Of a stretch of 64,000 nt of DNA, positions 52,901-64,000 are shown piece by piece. Position numbers and translations under genes: made by a program. Each line of letters opens with the position of its first letter. The first letter of the stretch is position 1. The stretch is taken from positions 2,542,001 through 2,606,000 of the forward strand of contig CM102289.1 of assembly GCA_046563655.1 (NCBI GenBank), read 5' to 3'. Origin of the DNA: Yuukianura sp. NJ FZ-2021 (taxonomy: Eukaryota). The notes under the pieces were generated by a model, which worked only from the letters and a program-made list of their open reading frames with translations, made no database searches and was not told the origin of the DNA.

Positions 52901-53927
52901 GGACCCCATGACAAACAACCACCTTTTAACGCAGGATTGATCCATAGGTTCCGTGAACAAGGAAACGACTGCTGCATAACTTCGTTTGCCTAAAAACATT
53001 TTGAATGCAAAAGTTGTACACCAAATTTCATGCAAGCGTCTGGATCTTCTATTCTAAATATACTGTTAACAGCCGCAGTGTGAATGTTGGTGAATAACTT
53101 GAGTCACTTGATTCGATTTGAACAGAATCAAGGACCCCCTAACAAACAACCACCTTTTAACGCAGGATTGATCCATAGGTTCCGTGAACAAGGAAACGAC
53201 TGCTGCATAACTTCGTTTGCCTAAAAACATTTTGAATGCAAAAGTTGTACACCAAATTTCATGCAAGCGTCTGGATCTTCTATTCTAAATATACTGTTAA
53301 CAGCCGCAGTGTGAATGTTGGTGAATAACTTGAGTCACTTGATTCGATTTGAACAGAATCAAGGACCCCCTAACAAACAACCACCTTTTAACGCAGGATT
53401 GATCCATAGGTTCCGTGAACAAGGAAACGACTGCTGCATAACTTCGTTTGCCTAAAAACATTTTGAATGCAAAAGTTGTACACCAAATTTCATGCAAGCG
53501 TCTGGATCTTCTATTCTAAATATACTGTTAACAGCCGCAGTGTGAATGTTGGTGAATAACTTGAGCCACTTTATTCGATTTGAACAGAATCAAGGACCCC
53601 CTAACAAACAACCACCTTTTAACGCAGGATTGATCCATAGGTTCCGTGAACAAGGAAACGACTGCTGCATAACTTCGTTTGCCTAAAAACATTTTGAATG
53701 CAAAAGTTGTACACCAAATTTCATGCAAGCGTCTGGATCTTCTATTCTAAATATACTGTTAACAGCCGCAGTGTGAATGTTGGTGAATAACTTGAGTCAC
53801 TTGATTCGATTTGAACAGAATCAAGGACCCCCTAACAAACAACCACCTTTTAACGCAGGATTGATCCATAGGTTCCGTGAACAAGGAAACGACTGCTCCA
53901 TAACTTCGTTTGCCTAAAAACATTTTG
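49942..53927. repeat. Tandem array of 231 bp units, 17 full copies plus a 59 bp partial copy
   Basis: TAGGTTCCGTGAACAAGG recurs at 49942 + n x 231 up to 53869; only scattered substitutions between units and no net indels. Confidence 0.98.
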
Positions 53928-54751
53928 CACCAGCAGATAGCAGTCCCAAACGTGTCTCATATACTCCGAAGTGTATTTGCACCCATGTCTGGACCCCGTA
54001 CAAAAGTTGTTCCTATTCGTGTCGAGAACACGTGGTTAAATTTTCAGCCAAATCGCACGGGTCTGCTTTGTCCCATTAGCGAACTGCGGTAGTCTTTGAA
54101 ACAATTTAAGTCGCCTTGTAAAATATTACATATAAATTATCAATTTTTTGAAATTTTGTATACAAACCTAATATAGAAATAGTTTTTGAAAACTGAGTTT
54201 TTCGATAAGCATCGCGACGGAATCCAAAACCGACGAAAACAAAAGGTTCATTTAAAATACACAAACTATAACTTATGGTTAAAATAAAAAAAAAATTAAA
54301 TTCTGAACAGCATACAAGAGTTGAACTAGTTTGTAGAATATGACTTACTTGACATATGGTTGACATAACTAGAGAGCATTCTATGGCATCCCAATCACCA
54401 AATCCGCCTGTTCTTCGTCCAAAGCCTATCATATTTTTGTGTCAATTGATTTTGGAGTGTTTTTTTTTAGAAACTGTTCGTATTGTTTAGTGCATATTGT
54501 TGTCTGGAGCGAAGTAAATTTTTATTTGTCGCCAAAATCAAGAATGACATTAACTGCATTGTGTTTTTTTTTCTCATTTGTTTTTTCATTGCTACATTTT
54601 AGGAGTTGTAGCACAAGGTAACTCGAGAATTAGATATTTCGTAATTCATTTAGAGACATGGCTTAAAATTAATGGTTGGAATGTTATATTCTTAATAGAC
54701 CACAATTGCCGACTTGTCTTAACATCTATTAATTCAAATAAATATGTGCAG

Positions 54752-56429
54752 ATTTGATCGAGCCTGATGCGAGTCTATTCGTTCCGATTCCGTCTGTGAA
54801 CCGGACTCTCATGAGCGGTGACTATCTCAATCCATGTCCGACTGTATGGAAAGCCATGTCATCCCACGACACAACAATTGACGAGCAGAAAACTCGAGAT
54901 GTGATGAACGAGGTCGTACGAGGACTCCGCTACCTTTTTCAAACTCGAAATCATTTAACATTCCCAATCACTGGAACTGGAACCACCGCCATGTTCATTG
55001 CATTGGGAAATTTAATTGAAGCTAACGATAAAGTTCTAGTAGGAGTAAGTGGATTCTGGAGTCGCCTTGCTGCAGAAACTGCAGAAAAACTTGGTAAATC
55101 GCGAAGATGTGAAAACTTCAAAAACAAAAAGAAAATTTCAAAATAGAATTTGGTTGGCTTTAGCTAAATTGACCGTTGGATTGTTTCTTTCCGCTTCATT
55201 CTGTCGTTAAAACGTATTCACTTTAGTTACTGGTTTGATCCATAGGCGGCTGTGTAGCAAAAGTAGAAACGGAAGCTGGCCAGTCGTTTTCGTTGCACGA
55301 GCTTACGTTAGCTGTACAAAAAACAAAACCAGATATTTTGTTTCTTGCCCACGGGGAAACATCGACGGGTGTTGTACAAGATTTGACGGGGGTCGGAGAC
55401 CTTTGTGAAGAGTATGTGCAGTTATTCCGAACTTTAAAATTTACCGGTTATGTTCTTACTTAAGTTGCGTCAAGGTCAAAGGTCAAGGTTGAGTCAGAAA
55501 ATGACCTATACTAAAGTTGTCCCTCTCATTGGGCCCAACACCTTTTGTGTTCAAAACTTTTTAAATGATTTCAGATACGGTTGTCTACTGGTCATTGATG
55601 TCTGCACTACATTTGCAGAATTGCCCCTTTATGCTGATGCATGGAAAATTGATGTTGCTTTTGCAAGTTCACAGAAGGGCCTAGGAGCAATAGTAGGATT
55701 AGCTCCGATGACTTTCAGTCAACGTGCCTGGTAATTAGTGTTTAGTCTTTCGATTTCTTATATATCTGCATAATATTGCTAAATATTAAATTTTTCACTA
55801 GTAAAAATAAATTCATTGTTTCTAATATACCTTTAAGGGAAAAGTTTGAACGGCGCCGCAGTCCAGTGGCTGGTGAAACAATAAATTTAGACAGACTGCG
55901 CTCTCACTGGGTGCCAAGAAAACCGGAATTTATAGTCTATTCTATAGCAATTCAGCAACTATACGGTATGCGAGAAGTCATTTCTATCGTCGCCAAAGAA
56001 ACCCTGGAAGGTAGATGGGCTCGTGTCGCGAAACTGGAACGGCGACTCACTTGTAAGCTGAAGCTTATTGGTCTGAGACCATTCGTAGCGAATCCGAAAA
56101 GTCGGCTTCTGTCGAGCATGATGTACAACCTTCCCTACGGTATCAACGTCTACGACTTGATTGAATTCGCGCTTACGAGGTAAGTTAGTCTAGAATTTGA
56201 AATTTTATAAACTCCATCTACTATTGGCTTATGAACGATGGAATTCTAATCCCAAGCAAAAAAAAAAAATTATTTCAGGTATAAGTTGGACGTGGGCTAC
56301 AGATATTTTGGCAGTGGGAGTGATTACACCCTTCGTGTTGCCATCATGGGGTGCAACGCTGTTCCGGGAAACATTGACCTTGTTGCCAAAGTAGTTAAAA
56401 AGGGTGTCAAAGTACTTCGGAAAAACTGA
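54752..56429 (+). CDS. AGXT: Alanine-glyoxylate / serine-pyruvate aminotransferase-like (class V PLP enzyme); first exon not located
   Basis: YLFQTRNHLTFPITGTG, GFW, HGETSTGV.QDL, LLVIDV, IDVAFASSQKGL (PLP Lys), LRVAIMG.NA; five exons joined by GT-AG introns. Confidence 0.85.
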
Positions 56430-57281
56430 AAAAGTATATTTATTGGTAAAAATAAATGAATTCAAATAACACCTATTTATGTTTAGTCGTAATGTTTGAA
56501 TTTGTATACGAGTCATGCTTTGGACGACTCGTCTGCATTGTCAGTCCAACTATGCATTTATGTACACGATTAAGAAAACACGTTCACTTTATGCTCGCAG
56601 CGTTCGTTATTCTGCCTATAGTGAACATTCCAACCTTCCATTCTAAATCTATTGAAAATCCAAGGTGTTTGTAAAGTTCATCCAAATTTCACATGCTCAA
56701 ATACAAAAGAAAACAGTGATAGTGCACATGATACATCTAATTTAAAAAAGGGAAACTCAATTGTCACTACCACATTTTGCTAAAAATTCGTCTAGTTTCT
56801 AGGACGTGGGCTACGGCTAACTCTAATTAGCTAAGTTAGCTAGCTCATTTTCGGCGTTTATAATACCAAAAGTTTAAGAAAACACAACATTGAACTAAAT
56901 AATAAAACTTTTTTATTTTTCATTTTTTGCAAGATATCATCTCCTGAAAAATGACGCATGTACAGTTCACTAATGTAAAATGCACAAGGACGCTGTTATT
57001 TATTAAGAAAGACTTTAGAATCACGAAAGCAACCAACTTTTATAATATTTATCGATGAGATCTGTGTGCTCGTTGAGAACTAAACGTGAAAGTATACTTC
57101 TACAACTGAATATTCATTAGGGAATACTCTCTCCACCAAACCGAGATGGGTAAGATAAAGGTGTTTTGTTTTTCTAAAAAAAACACATAAGGCATACTGG
57201 AATAGAAATTCAGTTTTATCGGAACTTCCGGCCAAAGCATCAAACTTCCTAACATAGACAAACACGTTTTTTTTCCCATAA

Positions 57282-60060
57282 ATGAAGCGTCATCTGAAAT
57301 TCAGTTCCAGTTCTTTTCAATACTTTTTTGTATTTTATGTTTTTGGAAATTACCATCTTATGTTCTGCAAATCAGACACAAAAATAGTTAACTTACATTT
57401 GCTAATTAACCAGTTTCCGGATTGTGACAATGTAGTTTTTGCTCCAAACAATACACATACAGAAATCATTCAAGGGTTCACCATTCCAACAAGCATTTAC
57501 TACGCAAAACTTGGAGAAAAAAGAATATGTGGTGGTAAACACGGTGTTAAAGACTATGTGCTTTATCCCAATTTATTTTATGCAGATCCACAAAGTCGTC
57601 GTCGCAATTGCTTTTCAATTTTTGTATTGTTCCCGATACTGATTTTGGAAAATATGGGGAAAATTCCGGGAAAACCTAACTGCTTTCCAAATAAATTTCC
57701 TTTTGTAATAAACGCTGATGACGAGTACACCAAGCGTATCTATTTACATATTATTCAAAACGAACCACTGTCACGCCTGCATAGTGATAAAGACATAGCC
57801 TACATGCCATATGAATTTTTGTTTTCATACCAAGCCGTTACTATATTTCCATCTAATCACCCAACATCTTTTTCAAGCAATAGTGAACTTTATGTTCCAC
57901 TCACGTCAGCTATTGAAACAAACATTACATGTGTCATGCATCAGTTCAAAGACGGCATATTGAAGACAAATTTTACCGCTGAGTCTGAAGCCATAGCAAA
58001 TTTGAGAAAAACTGTCGAACAGTTGATACATGGCGGATCAGTCGAATTGAGAAACATTTACGAAAAAATTGGTTTCAACGTGGATTCCAAAAAATATATC
58101 ACACTTAATATAAGTTCGAAAGTAAACACGCTATTTAGAAAATCAAATATTCCGATGACATTTGTTGAACTCATATTTGTTATTCTACTTGAAGAATTCC
58201 ATGTCCATGTACCCTTGGAGCGCTATAATGCATATAAAGCACAGTATACCGATTTAAATCTCGTCACCAAAAACGCTAAGATAATCGGTAAACTAAGTGA
58301 TCTAAAACTCTTGGAGTCAATGTATACTATTATTTTAAAGCGCACTAATTTCAATTTTTTGACATGTGATGGAACCACAGACCTACTAAGTTACAGGTTC
58401 TATACTGCACCATTTGATTTGAGCTTTTGGGTTACGATAGTTGTACTGATTGTTCTTCTTATTTCGTTAATATCGCAAGCCACTTACGTTGACTTTTCTA
58501 AAAGTTTTAGGGGTAAAAAGGTACATTGCAAGAATTTCCTTAGAGCTATACCGGCAATAACTTGTATTTTGATTGACCAAGTTCAAGGAATGCCACTACG
58601 ACAAGGATACAGAAGAAGAGTATTCGTTTTCAGTCTCTGGATGCTAATAACTGTCGTTATCACGAATGCGTACAAAAGCTTATTAGGTTGGAGTAAACCA
58701 AATTGAACTCATTTGTACGTCCAACGTAACCAGGAGTTACAATCATTGTTAGTTTGTAACTATTGGTTGTGTTTATTGCGCATATGACTCAGTTGTACAA
58801 ACTACAAATCACACATTTGTAGACAAAATACAAAATAATTTAGCTTACCGACGAATACACAATGTTACAACCGAGTCGCTAAAAAAAAAGGAATGCAGTC
58901 TTTCGATATTGTGACTTACCGTGCATAAATATATCAATCTATTAATAATACGATCTACATTAATATTATTATATATATTATTTATAATGTATTACAGCGA
59001 TTGCGGTAATGTTTCCTTTATTGAAGGTACATTGGGGATCAATTCGGTTTACTCTAACCTAACATTTTTAGTTTCCTACTTAACTGCTGCGCCGCCGGTA
59101 TCTCAAAAGTATGACACTTTTCGGCAACTTAATAATTTCACTGTGTATATGGATTATGCAAGTGGAGTTCACGTTCATCCAAATCTTATTAAGCTTAATT
59201 ACTCAAGTCAACCAATCACTGCAGCAGAATTACAGCAGCAATTTTTTTGTGACTGCGTAAATCCTGATACCAAAAACAAAAGAAAAGTGCATCAAGAAAC
59301 TGTTAATAGATTAACTAAACTTGCACGAAGCAGTGGCAAGTGCATAAACTCATATAGCCTACCCACATTTAACCCTAACGTAAAACAAGACCGAAGGCGC
59401 TTGTGCAGCCAGTGGAGATACATTAATTCTGAGAATGTGGACAGAATTTTGGATGATATTGGACAAAAACCTGCCAGCAATTTTCCAGATTCCTTCATAA
59501 TAAGCTGGGTTGTACCATTTGAGGTCAATTCGAATCCAGACCTCATGGACCATACATTGTTTCGAATGGCTCAAATTCTTAACTATTGTTCAAAAGTTGG
59601 ATTTTTAGGAACCAAGGAAAATTTGAACTTGTTCGTAGCCAACTACAAGAATTTGATGCGCAAAAACAAAGAATTGTTGAAGAATTCGGGAAATCCAGAA
59701 TTTGTTCATTTTCGAGGAGGAACAAAAGCAGTCTCTTCTTCTTTGACGGGTTTTAGTGCCAAGTCTACTTACTTCTACAATAGGTTTCAAATCCTCTTCC
59801 ACTCTGGGATTTACACGTTTTTGGAAAAGTGGTACAGAATTCTAAATCCTACAGTACACGACAAAATTATAAATAAAAATCTGAAATACGAGCGATTGGA
59901 CAATTTACCAAAAAAGTTGAATTTGGCGGGAAACGTGGCAACAGCTTTTTACGTGCTAATATACAGCATGGTGATTTGTGTCTTAGCATTTTTGTGGGAG
60001 GTGAAATCTTTTGTGTTACTGAAGTCACGTGACAGGGTTCACGACTTTAAAACTGGCTGA
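57282..60060 (+). CDS. Divergent ionotropic receptor-like, copy 3; exons 57282-58686, 59072-60060
   Basis: Paralog of copies 1 and 2 with the same intron. Confidence 0.75.
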
Positions 60061-60290
60061 ACAAGAGCAATTTTTTTTTTCGTTTTTTGGGTCGAATAAA
60101 CAAAAGCAAAATAAAAATTTTGAATGTTGTGAAATATATATATATTAAAGCCATTTTGTAGCACTTTTAGTAAGTATTGGCAGGAAAAATCGAAGTTTTA
60201 GTTGCTTTAGTTAATAAACGTATTGCAATAAATTGAAGTAAATTTTTTATTTGACGTTTAACCAGTGGCGAAGATATTGGCCGAAAAAAT

Positions 60291-61801
60291 TCAGTTTACT
60301 GGAATTTGTCCACAGTTTTGAATTATGACTGGCTCAATTGGTCGGTCTCTCCAATCAGTTGGAGTGTTTTCAACAGCATGCACAACTTCCATTCCTTTCA
60401 AAACCTAAACAAATCAAAAAGTTGTCACAAAATCAGCAATATTTCTCTTCATTTTGTATTGGTTAGGAATGCGCTGTAAATATCACGAAGATGCTTTCAA
60501 TATTTCCGTTGCCCACAAAAGTTAGTGTCGATTGGAAAATTGGAAATACGAATTACCCTTCCAAACACTACATGAGCTCCGTCCAGCCACTCTGTGATTA
60601 CAGCAGTGACAAAAAATTGGCAACCGTTAGTGTCCGGCCCCGCATTGGCCATGCTCAAGTATCCCTCACTTTTGTGTTTCAAAATGAAATTTTCATCTTC
60701 AAATGACTCTCCGTAGATGCTAATGGATCCAGTTCCATCTCCGTTGACAACGTCTCCACCTACCATAAAAATTTGGTTTAGTACAAATTTTCTGAAATTT
60801 TTGAGGTCCAGAAGAAATCACTACCTTGGATCATAAATTCTTTGATGACACGATGAAATGGGGATCCAGTGTAAAACATGCCGTTAACTCCTTCAGTACA
60901 AATTGTCACAAAATTTAGTACAGTTCTCGGTACAATTTCACCAAATAATCCGAATACGATTCGTCCAGCATCTTCTCCGCCCATTGTAATGTCGAAGTAG
61001 ATTTTGTCCGTAACTTCCGCCTCAGCTAAATTTCCATTTGAAATCAATCCAAATCAATCAAAATAAATTTTTTGGTTCATACCAACGACAGATTCCGCTC
61101 CGATGCAAATTTCGGTCTTTTGTGAGTCGACGTCTACAACCTCGATTTTGAGGAACCCATTGAGCTATACACGAGATGCAAAAAATTAAATCAAAATGCA
61201 AAGAATTCCATGATGATCGACTGTTATGCGAATCGATGTTGTCAACTGCAGTGGACAACGTAAATGCTCAAAACGTTTAGGAAATTCGAAAAACTTTAGC
61301 ATAAATTTTGAAGTGTTACTTACGTATTGAAGAGTTTCGTTCATTGTAATGACATAATCCAGGGTATACTCATTTCCAGCTTCGTAATTCAATTCTGCAT
61401 TGTACTGGACAAGGTGCTCCGTTACGTCGTCAGAGTGAACGTACGTGACGCTGATGAATGCTTGGCCGATTGGTGCCGAAGTTCGAAATGACGTTTGCAA
61501 AGTGTATTCTTTGTTTTGCGTAATTGCACAAGGTGTCTGGGTACATTGTGGGATTGTCAGGCTCACTTCAGTTGCAGCGGAGCCTGGCATTTGAAATCAG
61601 TGCATTTTTTGGAAATTTGTCAACGTTGAAATTTTTGATTAATAAATTGGAAGAAGGCTTACCACAGTCGACTGCATCTAAAACTTGACCTAGAGACGAT
61701 CGGTCTTCGCCGAAACGCTCTGCCGAAGTATCCTTGGGTATTTGTTCCGCTACGAAAGCAGGAATGATCAACAGCAAAACTAAAATCTTTGACGGCGTCA
61801 T
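60291..61801 (-). CDS. Secreted ML (NPC2/MD-2)-like domain fused to a cyclophilin-B-like PPIase; exons 61801-61663, 61583-61324, 61164-61083, 61025-60825, 60759-60557, 60404-60291
   Basis: All six exons join in frame via canonical GT-AG. N-part: signal peptide, DCGS...C.QTPC.I..N.EY.L..SF...EIC. C-part: [59 protein letters not shown]. Confidence 0.85.
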
Positions 61802-63062
61802 TTCTGCTGGATGGTTTTACAGAATTTGAAATTGAAAATTTTGAAGTAAACTGTGTAAATTTTTAATTCAATTTGATTGTCGATTGAATTTCTGTTTTCC
61901 GAGATATAATTATCACTTACATTCAGTTGGGCCAAGTGTTAGCCTGATATAATCAGTATGATATGAAAATCACAGATTTCAGCGTCAATTTGATACAGTT
62001 TTTCTTCAAAAGGTGTTAAAAATATAATTCCAAGTTGAAGAATCAATTTTTTTTTATAAAATGTTTGCACAAAATTGGATTTTGATAGCATTGGCGATGC
62101 CAGACAGCTATTGGTTATGCGGCTTATCTTCAACAAATTTATTGCCGATTGTGACTATTTATATTTATTGGTGATTGTATTATTTTTGTCCGAAATGTGT
62201 TAAATCATCGACAATGTAATGTAAGTCGACATTTATTTGTCAAAAATTTATTAAAAACATTATTGACAAATGCCCACAAATGCTCAGGTGACTGGGATGC
62301 ATTGAAGAGAGTCACTAGTGAGACACGAAAAATTACTGGGTTGAGCTGAACCTGAGTTACAACGCGCAGTATCACCACCATATTTGTTACCACTTAGTAG
62401 AGACACTGGATGGTTACAGTGCACCAGCTATTTTTAATTGTAAAGACCCTATAGCATGTGGTGATATATGTGAAAACTTTGTGTAACCACCCATAGGAAT
62501 CGCTGCTTGGATACAAGGATTACATCTTGCGTCGGTGATCACAAAGGTTACCATTTAGGGGAACTCCAACCAATTAATGCAAACAAAAAAAATCAAGTTC
62601 AATTGTGTCGTCAATGCAGTACATTGATTGTTAAATTTAAAATAAACTTTAATTTAAAGTCGGTTAATCTACTTTGTTGGATTCCTGTTTATGGAAATCG
62701 TTCTTCGTATCTATGAAACTCTGGAATTCAGTAAAAAAAAGTTGGGGTCATTGCCATGTATCAGCTGAAAGGTTCGGAAAATTACAAAGGTAAAACCTCT
62801 TATCAAACAAAACTTTAACGTTTTACAACGTACTTCTTTTAATTTGTTGATACTTTAACCTTTTTATGATTAAGATTATGTTTTTTTTTTAGAGAGAAGT
62901 TAAAAAGGTGGCAGTGAAACATTGAAATATCAGCCTGTCCATTCATCGTTTCTTCTCACCTTGAGCGAGGCTATTTTCGCAGCGGTTGATGCTGAACGCT
63001 GAAACGTATCTCTGACACATCAAATTATATCGAACGTTGAATTTAACCTACGACTTGGAAAG

Positions 63063-64000
63063 ATGGGGTCAGACAGCTCGCAGAACCGAGTTGTGGCGTA
63101 TTTCTATGACGGCGATGTTGGTAACTTCCACTATGGCCCACGTCACCCAATGAAGCCTCATCGTCTCACCGTAACGCACAGTCTTGTCTTGAATTACGGA
63201 CTGGATAAGAAGATGCAGTTGTACCGCCCATACCGCGCCTCGTCTCACGACATGTCCAGGTGAGGTAAAATTTAAGGCGGGTTCAGCAATTCAATAATCA
63301 ATCAATGACATTTCGATTTCAATGTTCTTGCGATGGAGTGAGAACAATATATATTGTTTAACATGCGTATCTTTTTTTTTTAGGTTTCACTCCGAAGAGT
63401 ACGTGGAATTCCTTCAACGCGTCACACCGCAAAACATTCAAGGATTTAGTAAAAGTCTCAGCTCGTTCAACGTAGGTGACGACTGTCCAGTTTTCGATGG
63501 TCTCTTTGACTTTTGCTCCATGTACACTGGAGCTTCCCTGGAAGGAGCTGTGAAAATCAACAATGAAGATTGCTCAATTGCAATCAATTGGTCAGGAGGT
63601 TTGCATCACGCGAAGAAAACGGAGGCCTCCGGGTTTTGTTATATCAATGATATTGTAATAGCCATTTTAGAACTTCTAAAGTACCATTCACGAGTTCTGT
63701 ATATCGATATTGATATTCATCACGGTGATGGGGTTCAAGAAGCATTTTATCACACTGATCGCGTGATGACCGTGTCATTCCACAAGTATGGCAACTACTT
63801 TTTCCCTGGTACCAATCCATCTTTTACTACATTTTTACTCTTGATTGTATTTGTTCAGTGAATTTGGAGACTCGAATTTCTTTGATTTTGATAGGCACCG
63901 GTGACATGTACGAGTTAGGGTCTGAAGGCGGACGCTATTACTCAGTAAATGTTCCACTCCGTGAAGGGATTGACGATGCCAGTTACATGCAGATATTTAA
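63063..64000 (+). CDS. HDAC3: Histone deacetylase 3 (class I), 3'-truncated by the window end
   Basis: [94 protein letters not shown]. Confidence 0.95.

Noticed and set aside
50063..53728. Sixteen near-identical 66 aa ORFs on the minus strand as a peptide gene array
   Set aside because: They start at TTG rather than ATG, have no signal peptide, one unit lacks the ORF, and the other frames I read contain stops; they are a by-product of the 231 bp repeat.
49942..53927. CRISPR array
   Set aside because: Whole units repeat with no unique spacers, no cas genes, eukaryotic context.
49942..53927. Array of mutually exclusive or repeated exons (minus-strand ttttag|GCAAAC...AAAAG|gtggtt)
   Set aside because: The candidate exon is 67 nt with a weak donor and there is no flanking host gene on that strand.
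62300..62570. Slightly GC-richer segment between the ML-cyclophilin gene and HDAC3 as an ncRNA or TE
   Set aside because: No terminal repeats, recognisable RNA motif or credible ORF could be established.

Overview
Eukaryotic, AT-rich, compact genomic DNA with short GT-AG introns; no prokaryotic operons, rRNA or CRISPR arrays. The gene content (chemosensory proteins, gustatory-receptor-like and divergent ionotropic-receptor-like genes, Methuselah-like GPCR) indicates an arthropod, most plausibly a non-insect hexapod such as a springtail (inference, not proven). About 23 spliced genes were reconstructed by hand: a truncated putative alpha-pore-forming/Tc-toxin-like gene, HAUS6/Dgt6-like, a trypsin-fold protease, three tandem GR-like genes plus a fourth, two CSPs plus a relic, an orphan gene, beta-hexosaminidase, a SNF2-RING helicase, a RIO-like pseudokinase, Methuselah-like GPCR(s), a stonustoxin-like MACPF gene, a short F-box gene, a Cys-rich secreted protein, three IR-like paralogs, a divergent AGXT-like aminotransferase, an ML-domain/cyclophilin fusion and HDAC3 (partial). 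Non-coding features are a 17.3 x 231 bp tandem array abutting an IR stop codon, a 92 bp hairpin MITE with a target-site duplication and an empty paralogous site, an ~860 bp MITE-like element, an intronic tRNA-like sequence and a Penelope-type minimal hammerhead motif. Best candidates for novelty: the secreted ML(NPC2)-cyclophilin fusion, two putative pore-forming toxin genes and the 231 bp array. All family calls are by eye from motifs; no searches were run.
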